A DNA stretch of 64,000 nt from Patescibacteria group bacterium. GTDB lineage: Bacteria > Patescibacteriota > Patescibacteriia > Magasanikbacterales > GWA2-37-8. The notes under the pieces were generated by a model. It was not told the DNA's origin. It searched no databases and saw nothing but the letters and a program-made list of their open reading frames with translations. Both the position numbers and the translations under genes were made by a program. How positions within the stretch are numbered: position 1 is the first letter of the stretch; the number at the start of each line of letters is the position of its first letter. Of this stretch, positions 18,097 to 29,079 are shown in pieces. The stretch spans positions 343,296-407,295 of the forward strand of contig JAKLGL010000001.1 in the NCBI GenBank assembly GCA_022710645.1. The letters run 5' to 3'.

Positions 18097-19230
18097 ATGA
18101 ACATCGGTATTGATATCCGTCCGTTGATGTCACCTATTCGCACCGGGGTCGGCGAATATACATATGAACTTTTAAACGCGATATTCCAAATTGATAAAGA
18201 AAATCAATATTTTTTGTTTTATAACAATCATAAAAACGTTGAAAACAATATTCCTCGTTGGGATCAACCGAACGTTCACTATGTAGTTAAAAAATATTCC
18301 AACAAACTTTTCAATTTGGCTCAGTTATTTTTAGCATGGCCAAAAATAGACAAAATGATCGCCAAACAAAACCGACTGGATAAGTTGGATTATTTTTTTT
18401 CACCCAACCTTAACTTTACAGCCCTAACCAAAAATGTAAAATATATTTTAACAATTCACGACTTGTCTTTTGAATTATTTCCGGAATTTTTCACTTACAA
18501 GGATTTTTTATGGCATAAAATATTAAATCCGAAAAAACAATGTCAACTCGCTTCTGTTGTTTTGACTCCGTCCAAAAACACTAAACGCGATTTGATAAAT
18601 ATCTATGCGCTTGATAAAAACAAAATAGAAACAATTTACCCCGGACTTTCTTCCGTTTTCCACACTTCAAAATCAAACGATGTCAAAAAATATAACTTGC
18701 CTGATAATTATGTTTTATTTTTGGGCTCAATCGAGCCGAGAAAAAATATTTTGAGTGTGATAGAAGCTTGGGAAAAAGCTTATTCCAAACTTCCACTTCC
18801 CTATCATTTGGTCATGGTCGGAGCCCCGGGATGGAAAAATAGCAAAGTTTTTGAAAAAATAAAAAACTCTCCTTTGCGAGAAAAAATAAATTTTATAGGA
18901 TATATAAAAAACGAAGATAAACCCGAAATATATCGTAAAGCGGCCGCGTTTATCTACCCTTCTTTTTATGAAGGCTTCGGTTTTCCGGTTTTGGAAGCTA
19001 TGCATTGCAAAACACCGGTTATCACCAGTAATAGATCTTCTATTCCGGAAATAACCGACGAAAACGCTTATTTGGTAGATCCGAATCGGCCATTACAAAT
19101 AACTGCCGGATTAATCAAAATATTAAACGACCAAAATTTATCAAATACTTTGAAAGAAACAGGTCAAAAAAGATCGCAAAATTTTTCTTGGGATATCGCG
19201 GCTAAGGAATTTCTAAAAATTTTGAAATAA
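18097..19230 (+). CDS. glycosyltransferase family 4
   Basis: IYPSFYEGFGFPVLEAMHCKTPVITSNRSSIPEI. Confidence 0.75.
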   Translation: MNIGIDIRPLMSPIRTGVGEYTYELLNAIFQIDKENQYFLFYNNHKNVENNIPRWDQPNVHYVVKKYSNKLFNLAQLFLAWPKIDKMIAKQNRLDKLDYFFSPNLNFTALTKNVKYILTIHDLSFELFPEFFTYKDFLWHKILNPKKQCQLASVVLTPSKNTKRDLINIYALDKNKIETIYPGLSSVFHTSKSNDVKKYNLPDNYVLFLGSIEPRKNILSVIEAWEKAYSKLPLPYHLVMVGAPGWKNSKVFEKIKNSPLREKINFIGYIKNEDKPEIYRKAAAFIYPSFYEGFGFPVLEAMHCKTPVITSNRSSIPEITDENAYLVDPNRPLQITAGLIKILNDQNLSNTLKETGQKRSQNFSWDIAAKEFLKILK

Positions 19231-19264
19231 AAAAGGAGGGAAAATCCCTCCTAAAAAAGAAAAT

Positions 19265-19579
19265 CTATTGCACGCAACGGATTTGAAATTTCTCCGCTAC
19301 GCCCTTTTCTTCTTGGGTGCGCAGAGGATTGCGCAAACAAGCCGAACCGCAACCCTTGCATTTTTCATGGTTACCTCGCCTGGTACAAACCAGACATTCA
19401 TAGATAATAGCCAGTTGCATTTCGTAAGAAAGTTTAAAGTCTAAACTCTTTTCTCCGCACGGCGGCGGGTCTTTCGAAAAAGATACAGCTTTTTTGTCCT
19501 CGACAACCCCGTTGGGATTACCGTAAGACCACCCTCTTTTACCTTCAAAAAAGGTTGGTGTGAAAGATGCCGATGCCAT
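19265..19579 (-). CDS. small Cys-rich hypothetical protein (possible metal-binding)
   Basis: 104 aa; CLVCTRRGNHEKCKGCGSAC cluster; strong SD (ggagg) 8 nt before the ATG; antisense-embedded within the plus-strand GT operon. Confidence 0.45.
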   Translation of the reverse strand: MASASFTPTFFEGKRGWSYGNPNGVVEDKKAVSFSKDPPPCGEKSLDFKLSYEMQLAIIYECLVCTRRGNHEKCKGCGSACLRNPLRTQEEKGVAEKFQIRCVQ

Positions 19580-19724
19580 GGATTTCCTCCGGCTGTGAAG
19601 ATTATTAAGAAAAAGATAAGGAGCGAAGACAATATTTTAAAACAGTTTTTTTTCATTGTCAAGCAATCTTTTAAAACCACTCAAAACTTGTCTTTTCTGA
19701 ATCTTAGGAGTTATAATAAAGGCT

Positions 19725-20840
19725 ATGAAAATAGGTATTGACGCTCGTCTTTACGGCCCCAAACAAGGCGGTTTAGGACGATACGTACAACAACTTATAG
19801 CAGGATTGGAAAAAACCGACGAAATAAACGACTACGTTGTTTTTTTGCGTAAAGAAAATTTTGAGCAGTATAACCCCGATAATCCTCGCTTTCAAAAAGT
19901 TTTAGCCGATATCCCTTGGTACGGTTGGAAAGAACAAATTTTACTACCGCAAATTTTAAACAAAGAAAAATGCGATTTTATTCATTTTCCTCACTGGAAT
20001 ATCCCCTTTTTTTATCGTGGAAATTTTATCGTTACAATCCATGATTTAATTCTCCTTCATTATCCGAGCCGCAAAGCCAGTACTCTGGGACCGTTTTCTT
20101 ATTTTTTAAAAAATATAGCTTACAAATTTATTCTGCGCTATGCAGTCAAAAAAGCCAAGCAAATCATAACTCCGAGCGAATTTACCAAACAAGATATCAT
20201 CAAAACATTGAGCGTTCCTGCGGAAAAAGTCATTGTAACCTATTTGGCTCCGACAAAATTAAATACTGACAACGAAAAAGAAATTTCATTGGCAAAATAT
20301 AATATCACTAAACCTTATTTACTTTATGTCGGGGTAGCATATCCGCATAAAAATTTGGAACGACTTGTCCGGGCTTGGAAAATTTTTGAAGAAAAAAACC
20401 AAAATTTTCAATTGGTTTTAGTTGGTAAAAAAAATTATTTTTATGACCGTTTGATAAATTCAAACATTTTTAAAAATTGTAAAAATATTATTTTTACCGA
20501 TTTTATTCCTGATAGCGAGTTATCTTCCTTATATCAAAATGCTATCGCTTACGTTTTTCCATCTTTGTACGAAGGTTTTGGTTTACCGCCGCTTGAAGCC
20601 ATGCAATACAATATCCCTGTTATTTCTTCAAAAAATTCTTGTTTACCGGAAATTTTAGGAAATGCAGCTTTATATTTTGATCCGAAAAACGAACAAGATA
20701 TGTATACGGCAATTTGTCTTGTTTTAACAAACGAACAAAAACGTCACGAACTTATCAACAACATCTCTTCTGTTTTGGCTAAATATAGCCAAGAAAATAC
20801 AACGGAAAAAACTTTATCGGTTTACCAAAAAATGGTATAA
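19725..20840 (+). CDS. glycosyltransferase family 4
   Basis: VFPSLYEGFGLPPLEAMQYNIPVISSKNSCLPEI. Confidence 0.75.
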   Translation: MKIGIDARLYGPKQGGLGRYVQQLIAGLEKTDEINDYVVFLRKENFEQYNPDNPRFQKVLADIPWYGWKEQILLPQILNKEKCDFIHFPHWNIPFFYRGNFIVTIHDLILLHYPSRKASTLGPFSYFLKNIAYKFILRYAVKKAKQIITPSEFTKQDIIKTLSVPAEKVIVTYLAPTKLNTDNEKEISLAKYNITKPYLLYVGVAYPHKNLERLVRAWKIFEEKNQNFQLVLVGKKNYFYDRLINSNIFKNCKNIIFTDFIPDSELSSLYQNAIAYVFPSLYEGFGLPPLEAMQYNIPVISSKNSCLPEILGNAALYFDPKNEQDMYTAICLVLTNEQKRHELINNISSVLAKYSQENTTEKTLSVYQKMV

Positions 20841-20897
20841 TAGTCACGTACGAATTACGAAACGATACGAAATTACGATCGGATTATATTTTTTTCC

Positions 20898-23396
20898 ATG
20901 TTTAAAAAAAGACTTCAACTTCGTCGTTGCAATTTTTGCAATAAACCCGGACACAACAAAGCAACTTGTCCGGAATTTTTGAATTTGCAAAAAGAAAAAT
21001 CTTTGATAAATGACGAAAAGAGAATTCGCGTTTTCTATCATAAACCCGAACAAAAAAACTCCGACACCGTCTCCCCTCACTTGTTAAGTTTAAAAAACAC
21101 TGGAAATTACTGGGAAAATTTGGAAACCGCATCTCCGGAACCGAAAAAAGACGAATGGGAAAAATTTTATGAAGAAATAAAAAAAGATTCGGTAACGCCC
21201 GTTTATAAAACAACGTCTAATTTTATTTTACCCGAAAAAGAAGAGGTTTGCCCGTCTTTTGAAAAAGACGACGACGGTCTTGATTTTGAAAAGATGGTAG
21301 CCTCAATTAAAAGAGAAAATGCAAAAATAAAACAAAATTCTCCAAAAAAACAAATAAATAAAATCCCTAAAAATTGGATTAAATATTCATTTTTGCGACA
21401 AAATAACTGGAGAAAAACTTTGGCCGGCGCCATGATGGCTCTTATTATTTTGGCTTTACCTTTGCAAACTCGAACATTTTACCAAAACATCAAAACCAGT
21501 ACCGGAAAAATAACCGCCAACAGTACCGAAGGATTTATGGCCTTGCAAGATTCCACAGCCGCTATAATTTCAGCCGATTTACCTTCAGCGCAAGGGTCAA
21601 TTACCGAGGCTTTACAAAAATTTAACGAAGCAATAGGAGAAATACAAAATCACAAAATCTTGCAAGCTGTGGTAAAAAGTATTCCTTTGGTAAGTTCAGA
21701 AGTACAGAGCCGACAAAATCTCATCACCGCCGGACAAAAAATCGCTTTGGGTAATACTTATCTAATCAAAGGAATATCCGAAGCCAATAATGTTTCTTCA
21801 ACTCCTTTACAACGACTAAAAGTTATTTCCGATCATTTAAATTTTGCCATTCCCAATTACGAACAAGCGTTTGAAGATTTAAATGAAGTAAAATTGGAAG
21901 TTTTACCTTTTGAATATCAAACTTCTTTCAAGGATTTTAAAACCCTTTTTGGCGGAATGCTAAGCGATCTCAAAAATATTTCCGAACTTGGAAGAAATAT
22001 CGATGAAATTTTCGGCGGACAAGGATTGCGTCGTTATTTATTGGTTTTTCAAAATGAAGCCGAACTTCGCGGTACCGGAGGATTTTTGGGCAGTTTCGCT
22101 ATCTTGGAAATAAAAGACGGAAAAATACAAAACCTGGAAATACCATCCGGAGGTTCTTATGATTTACAAGGTCAACTCAGTGTCTTGGTAGAACCGCCGG
22201 CTCCTTTACTTTTATCCAACAAAAAATGGGAATTTCAAGATGCCAATTGGTTCCCGGATTTTAAAGCTTCCGCGGAAAAAATGCTTTGGTTTTACCGTTA
22301 TAGCAGAAACATAACCTTGGATGGAGCGATAGCAATAAACTCTTCGGTGTTAACCAGATTACTTGCGCTAATCGGACCTGTTTCCGATGAACAAAGAAAT
22401 TTGATTTTGGACAAAAATAACGCTTTGTCTTCTTTGCAAACAGTAGTAGAAGAAGGAGCTGAAAAAGAAATTAATAAACCAAAACAAGTTTTATCCGATC
22501 TCGGACCACAAATACTTTCTTCTTTATTATCTTTAAAACCTGAAAATACTTTGCCTTTACTTTTTAATCTTAACGAAGCTTTGAATCAAAAAGAAATCCA
22601 GGCTTATTTTACCGCTCCAACCACGCAAAAAGCCATAGAATCTCTCGGATGGGGAGGAAGAATCATCAAAACTCCGGATGATCGCGATTATTTGATGGTA
22701 GTCAATAGTAATATTCAAGGACAAAAAAGCGATGCGCAAATAAAACAAAAAATTTATCACCAGGCTCTCGTTGAAGAAGACGGGTCTATTGTCGATAGTG
22801 TAACTATCACTCGAAATCATGAAGGTCAATCCGGTCAAAAATTTTACGGACAAACAAATATTGATTACATCAGAATTTATGTTCCGGAAGGAGCGGAATT
22901 GATCTCTGCTCAAGGTTTTACCTGGCCGGATGAAAAATATTTCCGCGCACCGGCCAAAGGAGCTGTTAAAGATACGGATCTTTTATCCTTGGAACAAGAA
23001 ATAGGTTTTGATCAAATATCCGGAACTCGTATTACCAAAGAATTTAACAAAACGGTTTTCGGTAATTGGATCATAACCGAACCCGGAGCAGTTAACACGA
23101 TTCAATTCATTTATCGATTACCTTTCAAGGCTTTTTCTAAAGAAAAAACCGATGACAAAAAAAGTTTATCCTCTTTGTTAATGCAAAATAAATACATTTC
23201 TCAATACCAACTTTTGGTTCAAAAACAATCAGGTTGTCGCAGCACTTTCGAATCTCAAGTCATCTACCCTGCCGGATGGGAATCGACTTGGAACGACGGA
23301 TTAAACAGCGGGTTAGCTCTTAATGGACATTTTGTAGCGGAGACATCTTTAAAAACCGATGAAATTTGGAGTTTAATAATGGAAAAAAACAATTAA
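20898..23396 (+). CDS. large membrane-anchored extracytoplasmic protein with N-terminal CCHC zinc knuckle; RGTGG region reminiscent of DUF4012-type proteins of polysaccharide loci
   Basis: 832 aa; CNFCNKPGHNKATCPE = C-x2-C-x4-H-x4-C; single TM (LAGAMMALIILALPL); LLVFQNEAELRGTGGFLGSFAILE block. Confidence 0.5.
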   Translation: MFKKRLQLRRCNFCNKPGHNKATCPEFLNLQKEKSLINDEKRIRVFYHKPEQKNSDTVSPHLLSLKNTGNYWENLETASPEPKKDEWEKFYEEIKKDSVTPVYKTTSNFILPEKEEVCPSFEKDDDGLDFEKMVASIKRENAKIKQNSPKKQINKIPKNWIKYSFLRQNNWRKTLAGAMMALIILALPLQTRTFYQNIKTSTGKITANSTEGFMALQDSTAAIISADLPSAQGSITEALQKFNEAIGEIQNHKILQAVVKSIPLVSSEVQSRQNLITAGQKIALGNTYLIKGISEANNVSSTPLQRLKVISDHLNFAIPNYEQAFEDLNEVKLEVLPFEYQTSFKDFKTLFGGMLSDLKNISELGRNIDEIFGGQGLRRYLLVFQNEAELRGTGGFLGSFAILEIKDGKIQNLEIPSGGSYDLQGQLSVLVEPPAPLLLSNKKWEFQDANWFPDFKASAEKMLWFYRYSRNITLDGAIAINSSVLTRLLALIGPVSDEQRNLILDKNNALSSLQTVVEEGAEKEINKPKQVLSDLGPQILSSLLSLKPENTLPLLFNLNEALNQKEIQAYFTAPTTQKAIESLGWGGRIIKTPDDRDYLMVVNSNIQGQKSDAQIKQKIYHQALVEEDGSIVDSVTITRNHEGQSGQKFYGQTNIDYIRIYVPEGAELISAQGFTWPDEKYFRAPAKGAVKDTDLLSLEQEIGFDQISGTRITKEFNKTVFGNWIITEPGAVNTIQFIYRLPFKAFSKEKTDDKKSLSSLLMQNKYISQYQLLVQKQSGCRSTFESQVIYPAGWESTWNDGLNSGLALNGHFVAETSLKTDEIWSLIMEKNN

Positions 23397-25297
23397 CAAA
23401 TTATTTTATGCCGGAGGAAAAAAATATTTTGGCGGCTCGACGTCCAAAAAAACGCCGAACCGATTATTTTGACAAAGAAATTGGCGAGGCTAAACAAAAA
23501 GAAATAGCTGATAAAATCGCTAAAATTTACGAGGATCCGGATGGAAAAATTCCAGACATGAAAGAGATAAAACAACGTCGCAAAAGTCCTCTTTTGCGTT
23601 TTTCCGTTTTTCTCTTGGTTTTGACTTCAATAATGGCCTTTTTTGCTTGGACCGGATTATTTTATTTTCCCAAGGGAGAAAAATTTTCCGAAGAAAAAAT
23701 ATCTCTTATTATCGAAGGTCCTTCGGAAACAGAACTTGGCGGATCCGGGATTTATAAAATAATAGTAAAAAACGAATTGGACGTTCCCTTAAAAAATCTT
23801 ATATTAAACGCTAATTATCCGGACGGATTTGTTTTTGTTAGCAGTACTATTTTAGCGCAAAATTTGGGAAATACGGAATGGACATTGCCGGATATCGGTC
23901 CTTTTGACGTTTTAGAGTTAAGCATCGCGGGAAAAACTTTCGGTTCTCTTAATCAACAGGGTTCTTGGCGTATTTTTCTCAATTATCAACCGGGAAATTT
24001 AAATTCTCAAATGCAAAAAATAACGACATTTAATACCAATCTGTCGTTATCCCCTTTTATTTTAACTTCCAAAGCGCCGGAAAAAGCAGCTTATGGAACC
24101 GACGTGGAATTATCTTATACCTTAGAAAATAAAAACGATTATTTGCCGGAAAAAATGTATTTAACTTTGAAAATACCGGATAATTTTTCTATTATTTCTT
24201 CTTCACCTTCTTTGGACAAGGACAATCGTTTTGTCATAACACCTACCAGTACTTCTTATTTTCCAAAAACTTTCAAAATAATTGGTCGTTTTAACGGTGA
24301 GATAGAAACCGAAGAACAAATTCAAAGTTTGCTTGAATTACCGGTTTTGGCCGCCAGACAAACTTATCAAATAGGAAAAACAGAAAACAAAATAGCTCTT
24401 TCTCGCACCGCTTACCTGATGACTTTAGCCATTAACGGATCCATAAACGATCTTAGTGCCAAACCCGGAGATCCGCTTAATATAACCGTAAATTTTAAAA
24501 ATGTCGGCAAGGCTTCTTTAAAAAACGCTTCTCTGTTTTTGAAACTTGACTCTCCGGCGATCAAAAAACAAAGCATAATGGATTGGCCGGAAATATCCGA
24601 TCCGCTAGACGGAGATATAGTCGGCAAACAAATAAACGACAACTTACGCAACGGCACCATAACTTGGAACAAAAATAAATTGAAAGATTTGACTGAAATA
24701 AAACCTAATCAGGAAATAAATGTAGATATTAAATTACCTATAAAAGACGGATCCAAAATAGAGCTTTCGGATTTGAAAGAATATATGATTTCCGTCGCAA
24801 CAGAGATAACTTTTACAGATGAAAACAAAACTCAAAAAACTATTTCCGGAAACCCTATACAGATCACCCTGAATTCAGATTTCAGTTTTGAAAAAAGAGT
24901 TTTAGTCGGAGAAAACGGTAGCGGCAAGGATCAAAGAAATTTTACCTGGATACTCCATAACACTTTCCATCCTTTAAAAAATATCGAATTATCAGCCGAA
25001 GCTTACGGCGATATTACCTTTGTCTCCTCTTCCTTACCTGCGGGAATTCTAAATTACAACCCTAAAGATAAGGTGATTGTTTGGACCATTGCCGAAATGC
25101 CGGAAAGTGTCGATATTCTGGCTCTACCTTTTTCTCTAATAGTCAACAAAAAAAATCCTTCTCAGCAGGTTCTACTATCAAAAGTCAAAATAAAAGCCGA
25201 AGATGTCGTAACCGGCCAACCAATCACTTTTATGGGTGGAGAAACACTGCTTTTTGAAGAAAACGACGGAACGCAAGAAGAACCTTACGGAGAATAA
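23366..25297 (+). CDS. hypothetical membrane-anchored extracytoplasmic protein
   Basis: 643 aa; basic N-terminus, one TM (LLRFSVFLLVLTSIMAFFAWTGLFYF), long beta-rich ectodomain; 31-nt overlap with the upstream gene; SD ggag before the ATG. Confidence 0.55.
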   Translation: MEFNNGKKQLTNYFMPEEKNILAARRPKKRRTDYFDKEIGEAKQKEIADKIAKIYEDPDGKIPDMKEIKQRRKSPLLRFSVFLLVLTSIMAFFAWTGLFYFPKGEKFSEEKISLIIEGPSETELGGSGIYKIIVKNELDVPLKNLILNANYPDGFVFVSSTILAQNLGNTEWTLPDIGPFDVLELSIAGKTFGSLNQQGSWRIFLNYQPGNLNSQMQKITTFNTNLSLSPFILTSKAPEKAAYGTDVELSYTLENKNDYLPEKMYLTLKIPDNFSIISSSPSLDKDNRFVITPTSTSYFPKTFKIIGRFNGEIETEEQIQSLLELPVLAARQTYQIGKTENKIALSRTAYLMTLAINGSINDLSAKPGDPLNITVNFKNVGKASLKNASLFLKLDSPAIKKQSIMDWPEISDPLDGDIVGKQINDNLRNGTITWNKNKLKDLTEIKPNQEINVDIKLPIKDGSKIELSDLKEYMISVATEITFTDENKTQKTISGNPIQITLNSDFSFEKRVLVGENGSGKDQRNFTWILHNTFHPLKNIELSAEAYGDITFVSSSLPAGILNYNPKDKVIVWTIAEMPESVDILALPFSLIVNKKNPSQQVLLSKVKIKAEDVVTGQPITFMGGETLLFEENDGTQEEPYGE

Positions 25298-25310
25298 TAA
25301 AGCCCATTTA

Positions 25311-25338
25311 AAATACCGCCTTTTGGCGGTATTTTTTT
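25311..25338 (+). terminator. intrinsic terminator
   Basis: ataccgcc-tttt-ggcggtat + ttttttt. Confidence 0.6.
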
Positions 25339-25370
25339 GACACAAACATCTAAATGACTTAAAATTAAAG

Positions 25371-26870
25371 GTGTTATTGGCCTCTTTGCTTCTCAATATT
25401 TTTATGTTCTCACGTTATCAAAAAATCTTGCTTTTTGTCAGTTTGGCGGCTATTTTTTTATTGGTTTATCAACCTCACAAAAGTTATCCGTATCCTTTTC
25501 ATGTTGATGAATGGCACCACATCACCGAAGCTATTCGTTTGGCAAATCCGACAAATTACTATCATTATTTAACCCTGGAACCAAACAGGCCCAACAGCGG
25601 TTTGGAAGTCGGATTCCATTTTTTTCTTTATTTGATTTCACTGGTTACGGATCTGGTTTTAAGTTATAAATTTTTACCGGCAATCTGGGCCTCTTTTACC
25701 GGCGCCACTCTCTTTTATATTGTTTATAAAAAAACTGAAAATAATTACTGGTTGGCTTGGTTAGCTCTTTTTTTCTTCGGTTCCATAAAAACCAATGCGA
25801 ATTTAATGGGGCTCTGGTTTTTCACGCCGATGACTTTTTCTTTACCTTTTATTTTGTGGTATTTTTATTTTTTTGACAAAGGAATACAAACACAAACCAA
25901 AAAAAACTTGCTTCTGGGATTGTTAATTTTGATTTTATTGATACCGTTTCACCCTCTTTCCGTGCTTTTTGCCCTACCAATTTTATCAATCTATTTTTTA
26001 ATCAATTATAAATTCTTAATCAAGGAATATAAATTCTTTGCAATTTTTCTTCTACCGGCGATTGTCGGCTTCGTTTTTTATAAACTAACGCATAATTTAT
26101 CTATTTTACAAACATTTAAAAATATTTTTGGACAATTGATTTTTAGTCATGGATGGGGAGTGTTGGAACTAAAGAACTCCCCTTTTGAACTTTACAACTT
26201 CATTGTTTATTTATTTGCTTTCTTGGGAATTTACTTTATTTTTCAACAAAAAAAACAAAAAGAGTTTTCTTTGTTTCTCATTTGGTCTCTATATCTCATA
26301 CTTCTTATTCTCATATACCGTTTTACCGGTTTTTCTCTTTTTAGCCCATATCAACGAAATTGGTATTATTTGGGGTTAAGCTTGCCGATTCTTAGCGCAA
26401 TCGGTTTTTATTATACGTTAATAAAAATAAAAAACTTTAACGAACATCCTCAATGGGCCAATCTGAGTAATTTTTTTATTTTGATCATAAGTTTGATTAC
26501 TCCGTTTTTTCTCTATGGAAATTATTACAAACTACCCCAAAACACCGACTTATATCGAGTTATTAGCCGAACCGATTACAAAGTTTTGGAATATTTGAAA
26601 GATTTACCTCGAGGCACGGTTATGGCTAACCCTCTGATTTCTACAGCTATTTTCCCTGTTTCAGGACAAGAAACCGTCGGAACTATAGCTTTTTATGGCA
26701 ACAGAAAAGACGCAGAAAATTTTTATCTTTCCAAAAGCTGTGCGGAAAAAAGAAGAATAGTTAAAAAACATCGAGTTTACTATGTTCTTACCAAAAACAA
26801 TCTTGGTTGTGTTTTTGGAACCTTACTTAAAGAAATCGGCGGAACCAAAATTTATAAGACAAATATATGA
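25371..26870 (+). CDS. polytopic membrane protein, putative GT-C fold glycosyltransferase (ArnT/PMT-like)
   Basis: 499 aa, more than 10 predicted TM helices; immediately followed by, and overlapping, a GT2 polyprenyl-phosphate glycosyltransferase gene (classic GT2 + GT-C pairing); function is inference. Confidence 0.4.
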   Translation: MLLASLLLNIFMFSRYQKILLFVSLAAIFLLVYQPHKSYPYPFHVDEWHHITEAIRLANPTNYYHYLTLEPNRPNSGLEVGFHFFLYLISLVTDLVLSYKFLPAIWASFTGATLFYIVYKKTENNYWLAWLALFFFGSIKTNANLMGLWFFTPMTFSLPFILWYFYFFDKGIQTQTKKNLLLGLLILILLIPFHPLSVLFALPILSIYFLINYKFLIKEYKFFAIFLLPAIVGFVFYKLTHNLSILQTFKNIFGQLIFSHGWGVLELKNSPFELYNFIVYLFAFLGIYFIFQQKKQKEFSLFLIWSLYLILLILIYRFTGFSLFSPYQRNWYYLGLSLPILSAIGFYYTLIKIKNFNEHPQWANLSNFFILIISLITPFFLYGNYYKLPQNTDLYRVISRTDYKVLEYLKDLPRGTVMANPLISTAIFPVSGQETVGTIAFYGNRKDAENFYLSKSCAEKRRIVKKHRVYYVLTKNNLGCVFGTLLKEIGGTKIYKTNI

Positions 26871-27997
26871 GCAATAAACTTATAAGCGTGATTCTACCGT
26901 GTCGTAACGAAGAAGAGGCTTTGCCGAAATGTCTACAAACGATACAAAAAATCATAGCTGAACAAAAATTAAACGCTGAAATAATTGTCTCCGATTCTTC
27001 CGTGGATTCTTCTCCGAAAATAGCTTTGGATTTTGGCGTAATTTTGGTCAAACATGATCAAGAAGGATACGGCCGAGCTTATTTAGAAGGTTTCCAAGCC
27101 GCCAAAGGTGATTTTTTCTTTATCGCCGATTGTGACGGTACTTATGATTTTGCCGAAATACCAAATTTTATAAAATTTTTACAAGAAGGATATGATTTTG
27201 TCATTGGAAATCGTTTGAAAGGCAAAATAGATAAAGGAGCCATGCCCTGGCTCCATCGATATGTAGGCAGTCCGGTTTTAAATTTTATCTTCAGACTTTT
27301 TTTTAGACGTAAAATCGGCGATATAAATTGCGGGATGCGCGCTTTTACCAAAGAATCTCTGCAAAAAATGAAACTGAAAACCGCCGGCATGGAGTTCGCT
27401 TCGGAGATGATTATCAAAGCTGTAAAAAAAGATTTACATATCAAAGAAGTCATTATCGATTATCACACTCGTTTGGGAAAATCAAAATTAAAAACTTTCG
27501 CCGACGGCTGGAGACATCTACGTTTTATGCTCTTATACAGCCCCGGTTTTCTCTTTTTGGTTCCGGGTCTATTTCTATTTTTTTTCGGCGCAGGATTAAT
27601 GTCGCTTTCTTATTTTAACAAATTGTCTTTTGCCGGTTTAAATTTTTATTATCACCCGATGTTTTTTGCCTGTTTATTTTTGATAGTCGGTTATCAGCTT
27701 CTTATTTTCGCCGTTTTTGCCAAAACTTACGCCATAACCCATTTAGGAGAACAGAGCAAAACTTTGGATAAAATACATAAAATTTTTACTATTGAAAAAG
27801 CCGGTTTGATAGGTTTATTTTTGGCAATAACTGGTTTATTGGTGTTTGTTTCCATATTTTATAAATGGTGGAGCGGAGGTTTTACTCAATTACAGGAAGT
27901 TAAAAATCTTTTGATCGCTTTAACTTTGGCTTCGCTGGGTTTTCAAACAATTTTTTCTTCATTCATGCTCAGTATTTTGGGTATTAAAGAACGCTAA
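26867..27997 (+). CDS. glycosyltransferase family 2 with C-terminal TM domain (polyprenyl-phosphate sugar synthase, GtrB/ArnC/DPM1-like)
   Basis: ISVILPCRNEEEAL, VSDSSVDSS, FIADCDGTYD (DxD) motifs followed by 4 TM helices. Confidence 0.7.
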   Translation: MSNKLISVILPCRNEEEALPKCLQTIQKIIAEQKLNAEIIVSDSSVDSSPKIALDFGVILVKHDQEGYGRAYLEGFQAAKGDFFFIADCDGTYDFAEIPNFIKFLQEGYDFVIGNRLKGKIDKGAMPWLHRYVGSPVLNFIFRLFFRRKIGDINCGMRAFTKESLQKMKLKTAGMEFASEMIIKAVKKDLHIKEVIIDYHTRLGKSKLKTFADGWRHLRFMLLYSPGFLFLVPGLFLFFFGAGLMSLSYFNKLSFAGLNFYYHPMFFACLFLIVGYQLLIFAVFAKTYAITHLGEQSKTLDKIHKIFTIEKAGLIGLFLAITGLLVFVSIFYKWWSGGFTQLQEVKNLLIALTLASLGFQTIFSSFMLSILGIKER

Positions 27998-29079
27998 TGA
28001 AAATCGCCATCTTCCACAATTTTTTGGATAATATAGGCGGAGCCGAAATGGTTACGCTTATTTTGGCCAAAGAATTAAAAGCTGATATTTATACCACAAA
28101 TATTGACAGAGAAAAAATCAAAAAAATGGGTTTTGATGACATTCACATTATTTCCATAGGCAAAGTTCCACTTAATGCTCCATTCCGACAACAATTTGCT
28201 TTTTGGCGTTTTCGATTTTTAAATTTAAAACAAAAATACGATTATTACTTAATTTGCGGCGATTGGGCAATGTCCGGAGCGGTTAAAAATAAACCTAATT
28301 TATGGTATGTCCACTCCCCTATCAGAGAAATTTGGGATTTGTACGAATACACCAGAAAAAATACCGTTCCTTTTCTGCTGCGTCCTTTTTTTGATTTATG
28401 GGTCTTTTTTAATCGTTATTACAACAAAAAATATGTTGCTCATGCGGAAAAAATAGTCTGCAATTCCGAAAATACGCGCCATCGCGTAAAAAAATTTCTC
28501 AATCGCGAAGCTGAAGTTATCAATCCGCCGATTGAAACGCAAAAATTCAAATATTCAGAAAACGGACATTTTTGGTTAAGCGTCAATCGACTAATCAACC
28601 ACAAAAGAATAGAAATGCAATTAGCCGCTTTTGCCAAAATGCCAGATAAACGTCTGATAATCGTCGGCAGTTACGAAGATTCAAAACATTTTAGACAATA
28701 TGCGAATTTTATCTTGAAAAACAAGCCTGACAACGTAGAGATAAAAAGTTGGACAACCAGAGAAGAGTTGATTGAACTTTATGCTCGTTGCCGAGGTTTT
28801 ATCGCCACTGCCAGAGATGAAGATTTCGGTATGACCGTATTGGAAGCCATGGCCGCCGGAAAACCGGTCATAGCCGCAAACGAAGGCGGATACAAAGAAA
28901 CGGTAATCAACGACATTACCGGAAAACTCATAGATGATATCAATGAAGAAAAAATAATTTTTGCCGTCAATGAGGTGGAAAAAGACCCTTCAAAATACAA
29001 AGATGCTTGCTTGGCGCAAGCATCCAAATTTGATACTGCTGTTTTTGTAAAAAAAATCAAACAAAAACTGCAAGATTGA
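27997..29079 (+). CDS. glycosyltransferase family 4
   Basis: FIATARDEDFGMTVLEAMAAGKPVIAANEGGYKETV. Confidence 0.75.
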   Translation: MKIAIFHNFLDNIGGAEMVTLILAKELKADIYTTNIDREKIKKMGFDDIHIISIGKVPLNAPFRQQFAFWRFRFLNLKQKYDYYLICGDWAMSGAVKNKPNLWYVHSPIREIWDLYEYTRKNTVPFLLRPFFDLWVFFNRYYNKKYVAHAEKIVCNSENTRHRVKKFLNREAEVINPPIETQKFKYSENGHFWLSVNRLINHKRIEMQLAAFAKMPDKRLIIVGSYEDSKHFRQYANFILKNKPDNVEIKSWTTREELIELYARCRGFIATARDEDFGMTVLEAMAAGKPVIAANEGGYKETVINDITGKLIDDINEEKIIFAVNEVEKDPSKYKDACLAQASKFDTAVFVKKIKQKLQD

